A DNA stretch of 64,000 nt, taken from positions 4,032,001 to 4,096,000 of the forward strand of contig JASGJH010000001.1 in NCBI GenBank assembly GCA_047601445.1, read 5' to 3'. Below, piece by piece: positions 40,087 to 49,606 of the stretch (position 1 is the stretch's first letter; every line of letters begins with the position of its first letter). Below the pieces are notes generated by a model that was given only the letters and a program-made list of their open reading frames with translations, searched no databases and was not told the origin of the DNA. The translations under genes and the position numbers were made by a program. The stretch is from Myxococcales bacterium (GTDB lineage: Bacteria; Myxococcota_A; Polyangia; Polyangiales; DASUME01).

Positions 40087-40800
40087 TTGCGCGGCAATCC
40101 TTTGCCAGGCCAACGCAAGTTCCAAGCCCCACGCGGTGGGACCGTCGTGCTCCTCGTGGTCGGACTCGCCATCGCCAAGCTGTATGTGCTGCGCTACGGC
40201 TCGCCCCTCTGGGCCCTGGTTGACGAACCCGGTGAACGGTTCAGCGAAGCCGATGACGCTGCTGGTGAGGTCCTCGAGAACCCGCTCGAAGTGGAAGCGC
40301 TCATCCACGAGAAACCTCTCGAGCACTGGCTCGGATCCATCGAAGATTCCCTGCGGCGTTGCCGTCCCGATGTCCTTAGGCGCGCCCAATTGCGGCCGCC
40401 AGCCACCACGGAGGCGCTCGAGCAGCTCGCGGGCGAACTCGGGCACCCGCTTCCTCCCGAGCTACTGACCTTGCTGCGCTGGCACGACGGACAGCAAGGG
40501 CGCAACTCCCTGGCGGGCTCCGACTACGATTATCTCGATAGCCTGCTGCTCGGCACAGCCGACATCGCTGCGACCCTGCAACGGCTGAGGGGACTGCCCA
40601 AGTACGAACGGACGCCCCTGGTGCCCATCATGAAGAGCGTCGAGCACTCCTACTTCATCGCGATGGACTCCGTAGATCCGGGGGTACAGTGCGAGGTGTC
40701 CCTGGATCGCGATGCCGGCAAGGATCCGTGTCTCGTGGACAGCTTGCAGCAGCGCTTCGGCGTGTTGGCCCTGGACCTGGCCAAGAGCTGCTCGCCGTAG
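40087..40800 (+). CDS. SMI1/KNR4 (SUKH) family protein with N-terminal TM
   Basis: LRPPAT...L..L..ELG..LPPEL..LLRWHDGQ. Start uncertain (TTG). Confidence 0.82.
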   Translation: MRGNPLPGQRKFQAPRGGTVVLLVVGLAIAKLYVLRYGSPLWALVDEPGERFSEADDAAGEVLENPLEVEALIHEKPLEHWLGSIEDSLRRCRPDVLRRAQLRPPATTEALEQLAGELGHPLPPELLTLLRWHDGQQGRNSLAGSDYDYLDSLLLGTADIAATLQRLRGLPKYERTPLVPIMKSVEHSYFIAMDSVDPGVQCEVSLDRDAGKDPCLVDSLQQRFGVLALDLAKSCSP

Positions 40801-40812
40801 AGCGACCGCTCG

Positions 40813-41214
40813 TCACTTCGCAGGGCACGTGCCGCCCGGGCAGTATCCTTCTCCGGCCCGCACGAAGCCGTCGGCATCGGGCAAGAGCTTGCGGTAGATG
40901 ATGAGCACGTGCGTAAAGGCGGCCGTCGGAGTCATCTCCATGCAGTACACGCCACTGCCGTGGTCGAGGGGTGTGCTAGCCAGGAGCTTGGCGGCCTCGC
41001 CGCCGATGGCGCAGGCAGACATGGTGCCCCAGAATCTCGAGGCGGAGTGCGTTGGGCCGGCGCTCGAAAAGCGTCATGTCGGGTGAGATGGCGTAACGCT
41101 GCCCGGCACTCATCGGTGTGTCTAGCTTCTTCCAGCTCGTACTCCACACCGAGCCTTCGCCCGTGTCGATGCCGGACGCCCGCGCGGCGGGCACGGTGCA
41201 GATCGCCGAGTTTG
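40813..41214 (-). pseudogene. 3' remnant of a Cys-containing exported protein, frameshifted
   Basis: ..WKKLDTPMSAGQRYAIS..LRLEI joins WGTMSAC..VYCMEMTPTAAFTHVL..YCPGGTCPAK* if one T is removed at GATTCTG (41030-41036). No start or signal; abuts the upstream gene's stop. Confidence 0.5.
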
Positions 41215-41568
41215 TCAGTGTTCTGCTTCGAAGGTGTAAGTGCAGAGGCCGTTCTCGCAGGTCACCTTGCCGCTCCCGCATGCGGGAATCCGCCCCATCA
41301 ACGTGCAGCCATTGGGGCACTTGAACTGCGACTCCCACCTTTCCTCGAACGCACGGTTAATGGCGGCTTCGTCTGCTCCGTTCATGCAACTGCAGCACCC
41401 GTTGTGTACGAACACGCAGTCGTCGTCCTTGCTACACCCGCGATACTTCAGCATGCCGCGCTCCGACAAGGGGCGATCGTTCGGGCGGAACTCCGGCTCG
41501 TTGTTGCAGGCGGAGCAGGCTGCCGAGGCGAGCACGAGCATGGCCAGAGCGAGAAGGCGTCGAGTCAT
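41215..41568 (-). CDS. Small Cys-rich lipoprotein
   Basis: Signal MTRRLLALAMLVLASAAC; C..DDDC....GCC.C..G...AIN and C..G.C. Confidence 0.8.
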   Translation of the reverse strand: MTRRLLALAMLVLASAACSACNNEPEFRPNDRPLSERGMLKYRGCSKDDDCVFVHNGCCSCMNGADEAAINRAFEERWESQFKCPNGCTLMGRIPACGSGKVTCENGLCTYTFEAEH

Positions 41569-41675
41569 GAAGCGCCCAGCGTAGTGCCTCTCGCGTCCCA
41601 AATCACCCGGCGCCACCCTGGCCGCGCGCTACAACAGGACCTGCCCCACGGCTTACCTCGCCAGGACCACCTTCC

Positions 41676-42266
41676 ATGCGCACCCTCGTCCGCTCGTTTA
41701 GCATCCTCCTCAGCCTGTCCTTCGTCCTACCTGCTCTGGCTGCTCCCCCCAGCAACACAGCAGTGCTCAAGCCCGTCACGGACCTGGTGTTCAAGGTGCG
41801 TACTCAAAAGGATCTGAGCGCGCTCAAGAACTTCGACAGCGAGCAGCAAGCTCGCTTCGTGCTCGAAGGCGCCTACGACGGGATGACCGACGCGCAGCGC
41901 AAGGAATTCAGCTCCCTGTTCCAGACCATCTTCGCCAAGATCGCTTTCCCCAGGGTGCGCGAGAATCTCAAGGACCTGCTGTCCGCCAGCTACGCCAAGC
42001 CCGTGGTCAAGGGCGACCGTGCGAGTGTCGACTCCACGCTGACCCTCGCCCATCCCATGAAAAACGAGGAGCTCAAGCTCCGATACGTGTTGACCAAGGA
42101 CAAGACGGGCTGGAAGGTCCTGGATGTCCTGGTGCTGGGCAACTCCATGCTGGTCGACGTGCGCGACAACCAGGTGCGCCCGCTGCTCCAGGAGAAGGGT
42201 GTAGAAGGAATGCTCCAGGCCATGCGCGACAAGAATGCGGAGCTCGCGAAGGTCATCCTCAAGTGA
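41676..42266 (+). CDS. MlaC/Ttg2D phospholipid-binding periplasmic protein
   Basis: Signal peptide; QR.EF..LF, A.V.S, L.Y.L.....WKV.DV...G.S and G.EG.L..M. No other mla genes adjacent. Confidence 0.82.
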   Translation: MRTLVRSFSILLSLSFVLPALAAPPSNTAVLKPVTDLVFKVRTQKDLSALKNFDSEQQARFVLEGAYDGMTDAQRKEFSSLFQTIFAKIAFPRVRENLKDLLSASYAKPVVKGDRASVDSTLTLAHPMKNEELKLRYVLTKDKTGWKVLDVLVLGNSMLVDVRDNQVRPLLQEKGVEGMLQAMRDKNAELAKVILK

Positions 42267-42296
42267 CCCGTCCGGAATCATGCCCAGGAGGCAGCC

Positions 42297-43082
42297 ATGG
42301 CTACGACTCAAGAAGAGAAGGGTGAGATGTTCCGCAAGCTGCACGAGGGCCCCCCCTTCGTGATCGCCAATGCGTGGGACGGCGGCTCGGCGCGCGTGCT
42401 GGCCGCGGTCGGCTTCCAGGCCCTCGCCACGTCGAGCGGGGCATCGGCCGCCACACTCGGAAAGCGCGACGGCGAGCTCACGCGCGACGAAGCACTCGCC
42501 CACGTTGCGCTCATCGCGCGTTCGACCGATCTCCCGGTGGCCGGGGATCTGGAGAATGGCTTCGGAGTGGCTCCAAGCGACGTCATGGAGACCATCCGCC
42601 TCGCCAGCGACGCTGGCCTGGTCGGCGGATCCATCGAAGACGCCACCGGCAATCCGGAACATCCCATCCATGAATTCGATCTCGCCGTGGAGCGCATCGA
42701 GGCCGCCGTGCAGACCGTGCGCACGCTTTCGGTGCCGTTCGTGCTCACGGCCCGCTGCGAGAACTTCCTGCGCGGTCGCTTGGACCTGGCGGACACCATC
42801 AAGCGGCTGCAAGCCTACTCCCGAGCCGGCGCCGACGTGCTGTTCGCACCCGGGCTGCCAGATCTGGATGCGGTGCGCGCGGTGTGTTCTGCCGTGGACA
42901 AGCCCGTCAACTTCATGGTCGCCATTCGCGGCAAGTCGTTCTCGGTGCGCGAGCTGGCAGACGCAGGCGTGCAGCGCATCAGCCTGGCAGGGTCGCTCTA
43001 CCGTGCGGCGCTGGCGAGTGTGCGCGAAGCCGCCCTGGAGGTCATGCGGGACGGAACCTTCGGCTATCTCGAGCGCAGCTGA
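42297..43082 (+). CDS. Isocitrate lyase/PEP mutase family protein
   Basis: NAWD..SA, GF.ALATSS, DLENGFG, IED and AGADVLFAPG; AGGAGG RBS. Confidence 0.92.
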   Translation: MATTQEEKGEMFRKLHEGPPFVIANAWDGGSARVLAAVGFQALATSSGASAATLGKRDGELTRDEALAHVALIARSTDLPVAGDLENGFGVAPSDVMETIRLASDAGLVGGSIEDATGNPEHPIHEFDLAVERIEAAVQTVRTLSVPFVLTARCENFLRGRLDLADTIKRLQAYSRAGADVLFAPGLPDLDAVRAVCSAVDKPVNFMVAIRGKSFSVRELADAGVQRISLAGSLYRAALASVREAALEVMRDGTFGYLERS

Positions 43083-43087
43083 GAGTT

Positions 43088-43576
43088 CTAGCGCTGCGTC
43101 GGCGCCCTCTGTTCGAAGGCGGCGATGGCGTCCACGAACGCGGACGGCACGGGCACGGGGTTCCGCGACTCGAGCGAGGCGGTCACGTACACCAGACTGC
43201 CGATCACCAGCAGCTCTTCGCCTCGATATACCGCGAGCTCCGCGGTCAGGCTCGTGCGCCCGATCCGTGCCACGCGCACCGCGACCTGAAGCTCGTCGTC
43301 ATAGCGCGCCGATGCACGGAAGGTCGCGTTGGCACTGACCGCGAACAGGTCGCAGCCTGCCGTGCTGAGACCGCCCGGGTAGGCGTAGCCAATGGCCCGC
43401 ATGTACTCGCTGAACGCGACGTCGAAGTACATGAAGTAGTTCGGGTTGAACACGATGCCTTGCGGATCGAGCTCCGCCCAGCGCACGCGCAGCGGGTGGA
43501 AGAAGACAAACTGCGAGCGACGAATGAGCTCGTCCTCTCGAGATGCTTTGGGTGGGATCGAGCCGGTGTCTTCCAT
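43088..43576 (-). CDS. Acyl-CoA thioesterase (4HBT/YbgC hotdog family)
   Basis: VRWAELDPQGIVFNPNYF.YFD, F...ARYDD.L.V and IGRTS. Confidence 0.92.
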   Translation of the reverse strand: MEDTGSIPPKASREDELIRRSQFVFFHPLRVRWAELDPQGIVFNPNYFMYFDVAFSEYMRAIGYAYPGGLSTAGCDLFAVSANATFRASARYDDELQVAVRVARIGRTSLTAELAVYRGEELLVIGSLVYVTASLESRNPVPVPSAFVDAIAAFEQRAPTQR

Positions 43577-43617
43577 GGGCGAGGAATATGCCACCAGATC
43601 CCGCGACGCGCCGGCGC

Positions 43618-44091
43618 CTAGCGCGCGCCAGTGGAGCGTTCGCGCTCTCCCAGAGCCGAGCAGAACGCCAATACGATAGCCGTGAGGAGCGAGAGCCCCG
43701 CCCCCCAGCTCGCGCGCACAACACGCACGGCCCCCGGAACATCGGACACGGGTCCACCGTGCTCCGGAGTGAGCTCGGCAATGTGCGCCGCGTAGTACCA
43801 AAACGAAGTCGCCGCGAAGAGCGCGACCAGCGCCAGGAAGATCATCACGCGCGGAGCGGCCCGGGCACGCGGGCGCATGCTCCTCGAGCTCGACGAGTCG
43901 TGCAGTGCCTTGCGCATCAAGTAGAAGATGGGCCCGAGTACGGCTCCGGCGAATCCCCAGGCCGCGCTCAGGAAGATGTCGTTGTGGGAATGCCCACCTC
44001 CCGCCACCCCCATCGCGGCCCCGATCCACAGGCTGCCTGCGAAGAAGCCTGCGGGAACGGATAGGACGAAGTACAAGAATGTCCAAAGCAT
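43618..44091 (-). CDS. Hypothetical membrane protein (about 4 TM)
   Basis: Four hydrophobic segments; fills the gap; GC-rich third positions. Confidence 0.6.
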   Translation of the reverse strand: MLWTFLYFVLSVPAGFFAGSLWIGAAMGVAGGGHSHNDIFLSAAWGFAGAVLGPIFYLMRKALHDSSSSRSMRPRARAAPRVMIFLALVALFAATSFWYYAAHIAELTPEHGGPVSDVPGAVRVVRASWGAGLSLLTAIVLAFCSALGERERSTGAR

Positions 44092-44217
44092 GGAGCAGAA
44101 ATCTACAGGAGTAAGGTGAGCCTTGCGACCTTGCTGCGTAAGGGGTCCAGGTACGGCGCACCCCGCTTTCTCGGCCTGGGGAATGCGCCGGTTCCTTCGG
44201 GTCGTTCCGTAGTCCGG

Positions 44218-44775
44218 ATGCGACATTGGGTTTGGCTTGCGATGGCCGGCATGACGCTCGGCTGTGGAGACGACAAGGGTGCAAAGCGCGCCCCCGATAG
44301 TTCGAACGACGCGCCCCCTCCGGCCTGCGACGAGATGGAATGCTCGAACGTGCTCTGGGTGAAGGTGACGTCCGACGCGGGGTGGGATCCTGGCGGCAAT
44401 TCCCTGATGCTCATGGTCGACGGTGAGCCAGTCCAATGCGTCCTGGACGACACCCCTTCCGAGGTGGCCTTGCGGCGGTACGATGCCACGTGCGTCCCCG
44501 CAGAGACCCAGGACGGCCGCATCGACGTCTTTGCTTCGCAAGTCTACGCCTGCGCGCCGAGCACCGATGGCGGCGTCTCCGATTGCGGGGAAACTCCCGC
44601 CCACTTCGACTTGCAGGTCCTCGTGCAGGGGACGCCTCGCATGCTCGATATGACCCTCGAGAGCGCCGGTGAGATCATCTTCTCGGGCAGCTACGCTCCC
44701 CAATACGCACCGCCCTCCGGCGACTGGGGGTGCCTGCGCTTCTGCCTCTACGGGCGCATCGAGGCATCCTTCTAG
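44218..44775 (+). CDS. Lipoprotein of unknown function
   Basis: Lipobox TLGC-GDD; C..M.C.N, GTP and P.Y......C...C. Confidence 0.75.
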   Translation: MRHWVWLAMAGMTLGCGDDKGAKRAPDSSNDAPPPACDEMECSNVLWVKVTSDAGWDPGGNSLMLMVDGEPVQCVLDDTPSEVALRRYDATCVPAETQDGRIDVFASQVYACAPSTDGGVSDCGETPAHFDLQVLVQGTPRMLDMTLESAGEIIFSGSYAPQYAPPSGDWGCLRFCLYGRIEASF

Positions 44776-44793
44776 CGAACGCCAGCGCGAACC

Positions 44794-45408
44794 TCACCGT
44801 GCGGGCGGGCACATCGCCCCGGGGTCGTCTGCGCATCCGCCGTAGCAGACCCACTCCTTGGTCGTGGTATCGCACAGGCACTTCTCGGCGTTGCAGGCGT
44901 AGTTGCAGGCAGCGTCCTGGCACTTGAAGGTGCAGCCGAGCGGCGCGGGCTCCACGCAGCCCGCCTCGGCGCAGAGATTGGCGCAGCAGTCGAGTCGTTC
45001 ACAGCCGGATGCGCAGATGGCGCCGCGCACGCAGATCATGCTGCTGCCACAGACGTCCTCCACGCACTGGGTGGGCGGACCGCATTCACAGGTCAAGCAT
45101 CCGTTGCGACTCAGGTAGGTCCAGCCCGGCTTGCAGGCAACGCACGCAGAGTGCGCGGGACACATGGTGCACTCCCCGTCGGTGCACAGCGCGCTTTCTC
45201 CACAATCGGTGTCGTCTTTGCAACGGTCACCCTGAGGCTGGCCCGCATCCACCTCGTCCGGCACCATCATTTGTCCGTCGAGCGCGGGCTTGCCAGCCCC
45301 AGCATCGTCCGCCGAGAGCAGCTCACGCGTGGGGCTGACGCAGGAGAACGCGAGAGGAAAGAACAGCAGTCCGAGCGGCCTCGACCAAGCACGTGCGATT
45401 GAACTCAT
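44794..45408 (-). CDS. Cys-rich lipoprotein
   Basis: Lipobox AFSC; more than 25 Cys including NGC.TC.C; ATGA-coupled to the upstream gene. Confidence 0.8.
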   Translation of the reverse strand: MSSIARAWSRPLGLLFFPLAFSCVSPTRELLSADDAGAGKPALDGQMMVPDEVDAGQPQGDRCKDDTDCGESALCTDGECTMCPAHSACVACKPGWTYLSRNGCLTCECGPPTQCVEDVCGSSMICVRGAICASGCERLDCCANLCAEAGCVEPAPLGCTFKCQDAACNYACNAEKCLCDTTTKEWVCYGGCADDPGAMCPPAR

Positions 45409-46409
45409 GGTTGCACCGCGGCATCGAGTCGAAGCCCCACGAAGGGCCCGTGCAGGGAGCTCACCAACTCGCCAAACGAGCGCGCACTCGGGCCATGGGC
45501 CAATCCCCCCACGGCCGATAACTCGAAGGCCACGGATGCCGCGCTGACGCGCGCCGAGATCACGAGGCTGCCGGACGCCACGGGAGCCTCGTAGCCCTTC
45601 CCCACCACATGCTCCACGTTTCCTCGCCCCGAAAGTTGCCCCTGGCCCACGCCGAGCTCGAGGCTCGCACAGGACTGCAGCACGGACTTGCCAACGCAGG
45701 CAACTGTCACCCCCGCATTTGCGGTGAACATACGCGCCCGGATCTCTCCGCCCGTGGTCTGCGTGGCGCCCTGCGCGAACGAGCCGCCCAGTGAAATGGG
45801 ACCGAGACCAAAGCGAACCTGCCCTCCGAAGAGCAGCGTGTCCTCGAGCGTGAAGAACACCAAGTGTCCCCCTGCGCCGATCTCGAACCAACGTGAAAAT
45901 TCCGTGCGCTGCCAGAGCGCACGCCGAAACGCACGGCGACGGCTCACAGTGGGCTCGGTGACCCACGCCTTCTCCCTTTCGCGCTGCGCGGAGTTGGCGT
46001 CCGTCTTGGGCTCCTGCGTCGACTCGGTGGGAGCCGTGGGCGCCTCGGACTGGGAATCTTGTCTCTCGCCTGCCCCGCCCGGAATCAACTCTGCCCATAA
46101 CAATGCCAGCGTTCGTGCCCGGATCTCGTCGGGTATGTCCGTCAGATGTGCGCGGGCGCTGCCGACGACCTCGCCTTCGCGCGTACTGACCTGGAGCTCC
46201 GTGGGCACCTCGGGTGAGCAGGCAAAGGTCGCCGTGAATCGATAGTCGGCTGCGCGCGCAGGCAGCTCGACCTCGAGCGCACTCTCGATGGCAGCGCGCT
46301 CCCAGCCATGGTCACAGCCGCGCAGCTCGAGCCCTACGAACGAAGCCCTGGCTCGATCGGCCGTGAACAACGCCAACGCAAGCACACCCAAGGAACGCGA
46401 GAGCCTCAA
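45405..46409 (-). CDS. Exported protein with C-terminal beta-strand-rich (barrel-like) domain
   Basis: TTG start overlaps the anti-sigma stop; signal peptide; ARTLAL..AEL; Gly-rich alternating strands. Confidence 0.72.
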   Translation of the reverse strand: MRLSRSLGVLALALFTADRARASFVGLELRGCDHGWERAAIESALEVELPARAADYRFTATFACSPEVPTELQVSTREGEVVGSARAHLTDIPDEIRARTLALLWAELIPGGAGERQDSQSEAPTAPTESTQEPKTDANSAQREREKAWVTEPTVSRRRAFRRALWQRTEFSRWFEIGAGGHLVFFTLEDTLLFGGQVRFGLGPISLGGSFAQGATQTTGGEIRARMFTANAGVTVACVGKSVLQSCASLELGVGQGQLSGRGNVEHVVGKGYEAPVASGSLVISARVSAASVAFELSAVGGLAHGPSARSFGELVSSLHGPFVGLRLDAAVQP

Positions 46410-47594
46410 GGGGCCTCACTCAAGACGAACGTCATCTGGCCGCGAAAGCGCCCACGTGGATAGCGCTCGAGATAGGCACGTGCGGCGCGCAATGCCTCGT
46501 CGCGCATGCCGCGGCGCTGCTCGGCCTCCACCAAGCGCACGAGGGCGTGCTCGGCCAAGGGAGCGTTGGGCACGTCTGCGACCAAGCGAAAATGGGCGGC
46601 GGCCAGATCGGGTCGGTCCAGGGCGTCGAGCTCGAGCTTGCCAAGGGTGAACGCCGCGAGTTGAGCCTGCGGGCCCGCGGGTTCTCGCCGCAAGAGCTCG
46701 CGCAGCCCGTCCGCCGCGCGCGCGGGGTCGCCGGCTCGACGCGCCGCATCGGACTGGCGCCACAGAATCCTCGCCGGCGGGGTCGACAACCACGCCGGTG
46801 GCCCGAGCGCCGCGCGTGCTCACGGCGCGCGCTTGGGGCGCGTGTGATCGACGCGATGCCAGCGCGGGTGAAATCTGCTCCTCCCCGTGTTCGTCCGCGT
46901 ACCCGTCAGACGTGGTCGAACGCGTGCGCGCTACAACCTCATCCGCAACCACGGACGCTGCAGACACGGGCTCCACATTCACGGCCGCTGCTGTCTCGAC
47001 CTCGGGGCTCTGCACCAGGATGCTCTTGCCCGCCGACAGGCGCACCACGCGCTCCGGCACGCGCTCGCCGCGCACGAGCACCACGCCACGCTCCACGTGC
47101 ACCCGCACCTGATCTGCCTCGCGATCGACGCTGAACTTGGTGCCCAACACCTGCACCGTGAGCAACCCCGCTTCGATGGACCAGCGCCGCTTACCGTGGG
47201 GCCGCACATCGAAGGTCACCTTGCCGCGTCGCAGCACCGTCACGAGCTCGGCGCCATCGTTCCGCACCACCTCGAGCTGCGCACCGGCAGCAAAGGTCAG
47301 CTCCGAGCCATCGTCCAGCGCATAGCGCACAGCGCTCGCAGCCTCTCCCAGACTCACCGGCAAGCGGCCTGCTTCGGCCAGCCCCAGCGGCGCTTCCTTG
47401 TCACGTCCGAGCCACGCACCGAAGGCCAGCACGACGCAGAGCGCGGCCGCCGCCACGGCCCAGCCCACGCGCAGCCCGCGCGCGGGAGCCTTGCGCTCTT
47501 CACGCAGCGATCGCCACACGCGACTGACGGCCAGCTCATCGAGCGCTGGCTTGAGACGTCCCACGAGACGAGGTGGCTCTTGCTGCTCAGCCAT
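46406..47594 (-). CDS. FecR-domain/TPR anti-sigma factor with +1 frameshift near 46766
   Basis: TM, L.DGS, G...FDV and V.VLGTKFSV (FecR). The TPR tail (AAFTLG, LAEHAL, YLERYPRG) is in the next frame. Its stop overlaps the next start, supporting 46406 as the true end. Confidence 0.85.
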
Positions 47595-48237
47595 CGCGCT
47601 CTCCTTTGCGCACAGTGCGCGCCAGGTACGTGTCGGCCTTGTCCAGACGGCGCTTCACTGCAGCCAGGGAGCAGCCACAGGCCGTGGCCACCTCCTCGAG
47701 CGAACAGCCCACGGCGTGCCGCAGGAGCCAGGCCGTGCGCTCCTCTTGCTTGACGCCCGCCAGCGCCCGCTCCACCAGCGCGAGCTCGGCGCGCTCGTCG
47801 GCGCCCAGGTCATCCATGGCACAGGCGGCCAGGTCCTCCGCGTCGTTCTTGCGACCGAGGCCCACCAGCTTGCGCAGCGGGTTCCAACGCAGACGCCTGT
47901 GCACGCGGCTGAGGGCGATCTGCACCAACCAACCACGCACTGCCTGGGGATCTCGGAGCTGGCCAAGCCGCTGAAACGCCAGAATGAAAGTCTCCTGCAC
48001 GACATCTTCCGTTTCGGCACGGTGCCGCAGGAGCCTGAGCGCCGTACCGGCCACCAGCTCGACGTGCCGACGGTAGAACGCCTCCTCGGCCCAGCGATCT
48101 CCTGCGATGACGCGTGCCACGAGCTCGGCCTCGCTGAGCCCCGGGGCGAGCCTCAACACGCCGGCCCCCGTGTCCTTGACGACGCGGGGGTCCTGAAGAG
48201 GCTCGACCAGGCTCGTTTGCAACGTTCGTTTGTCCAC
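47587..48237 (-). CDS. ECF RNA polymerase sigma factor
   Basis: EDVVQETF..AF, GWL..IA and G.SLEEVA..C..SLA.VKRRL. Start uncertain. Confidence 0.92.
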   Translation of the reverse strand: MDKRTLQTSLVEPLQDPRVVKDTGAGVLRLAPGLSEAELVARVIAGDRWAEEAFYRRHVELVAGTALRLLRHRAETEDVVQETFILAFQRLGQLRDPQAVRGWLVQIALSRVHRRLRWNPLRKLVGLGRKNDAEDLAACAMDDLGADERAELALVERALAGVKQEERTAWLLRHAVGCSLEEVATACGCSLAAVKRRLDKADTYLARTVRKGERDG

Positions 48238-48291
48238 CGGAGCCCAAGCGCGTGCGCGAGAAGAGGGGGTGACCCTACTGTGGATCGAACC

Positions 48292-48314
48292 GGTTCGGCG
48301 CCGAAACGGCTCGC
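48292..48314 (-). promoter_or_regulatory. Conserved 23-bp motif upstream of the ECF sigma gene
   Basis: GCGAGCCGTTTCggcGCCGAaCC; 19/23 identical to 49248-49270. Confidence 0.62.
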
Positions 48315-48324
48315 CCAAAGTGCA

Positions 48325-49176
48325 CTACTGCAGCTTTTGCATGACACCGCACTTTTGCGCGACCAGATCATCGCAGGCGTCACCCGAAAGCCCCTGGGCC
48401 TTGCACACTCCCAACACCTCGTTCACGCAGGCGACCGCGGGGTCGTAAGGGGCGGTCATGACGTCACATTTCTGGCTCACCAGCAGCTTGCAGTCCGCAT
48501 CCGAAAGCGCCGCTTGCTTGCAGTAGTCGAGCACGCTGGTGCTGCAGTCTGGGGGCGGAGAGGGGTTCGCCAGGGCGCACTTCTGGCCAATCAATTCCTT
48601 GCAGTCCTTGTCGGGCAGCGCCTGCTCGCGGCAGACCTGGCGCACGGCATCCACGCAGCCGTTGTCCACGGGCTCCACCTCGAGGGTGACGCAGGCCTTC
48701 ACCAGCAGGTCCTGGCACTCGCTGTCGCCCATCTGGTTCTTGGTGCAGGTCTCCAAGACGTGGCTCGTACAGATCGCCGCGCCATTCGCCGGTTTGCCCT
48801 CCCCCCCTTCGCCCTTGCACGGGGGAGCCTCGTTCGCACAGAGCTCCGCGATCAGCTCCATGCACTCCTCGGGCGCCAAAGCCTGACACTTCTGCAGGGC
48901 TTCCTTGGTGCACTCGTCAGCCTGACCGCAGGAAGGCGTGGGTGAAGATGGCGGCAAGTACACGCTGCAGGCCTTCTCGTCCTTCCCGGCCGCGATGCAA
49001 TCCATGTACCCGAAATACGGCCCCGCATCCTGGGGTACCGGGGTTCCCGCATCGGCCGCCGGATTCGCCGCCTGGTCAATGGAATCCGCGCCCTCACGCT
49101 TCAGGTCATCGAGCGGACACCCTGCCAGGGTGAACAACCAGCCCAACATCAAGGCTCTCTTGGAATCGAGTCGCAT
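48325..49176 (-). CDS. Lipoprotein with five 4-Cys helical repeats
   Basis: Lipobox LAGC; C-x7-C-x9-C-x7-C units (the first has an x7 middle). Confidence 0.85.
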   Translation of the reverse strand: MRLDSKRALMLGWLFTLAGCPLDDLKREGADSIDQAANPAADAGTPVPQDAGPYFGYMDCIAAGKDEKACSVYLPPSSPTPSCGQADECTKEALQKCQALAPEECMELIAELCANEAPPCKGEGGEGKPANGAAICTSHVLETCTKNQMGDSECQDLLVKACVTLEVEPVDNGCVDAVRQVCREQALPDKDCKELIGQKCALANPSPPPDCSTSVLDYCKQAALSDADCKLLVSQKCDVMTAPYDPAVACVNEVLGVCKAQGLSGDACDDLVAQKCGVMQKLQ

Positions 49177-49247
49177 AAGTCCTCTCTGCCGCACGGCCCA
49201 TGGTGTCCACTGCAAGGAGCACCGTAGCGGTCAGGAAGAGGGAGCCA

Positions 49248-49270
49248 GGCTCGGCCGTGAAACGGCTCGC
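49248..49270 (-). promoter_or_regulatory. Conserved 23-bp motif upstream of the repeat lipoprotein
   Basis: GCGAGCCGTTTCacgGCCGAgCC, preceded by a T-tract. Confidence 0.62.
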
Positions 49271-49606
49271 AAAAAAATACGGGGGGCCTTGGCTCGAGAT
49301 CGTCGCCGGCTTGGAACGAGCGGCCAAAACCTTGGGAGCGAGGCGCCGGGGCCAGTACCTGGACGTGGGCGGGAACGTGGACGCGCCCGTGATGGTGGCC
49401 GCGCTCGTGAGCTTGGAACGACGCCGGGACCGTGATCAACCGCCCGTGAGCGAGTGAGCGTCGGGCCGCATCGATTACCCTCACGATTGGTTCCGACTCA
49501 CGAGCCCGGCCACCATCACTGGAGCGCCAACGGCCGGTGCCACGCTTACGAACACGTTCAGGACTGGCGTACTGCGATGACAACCTTGATCGGTTGGTTG
49601 ACCTCA

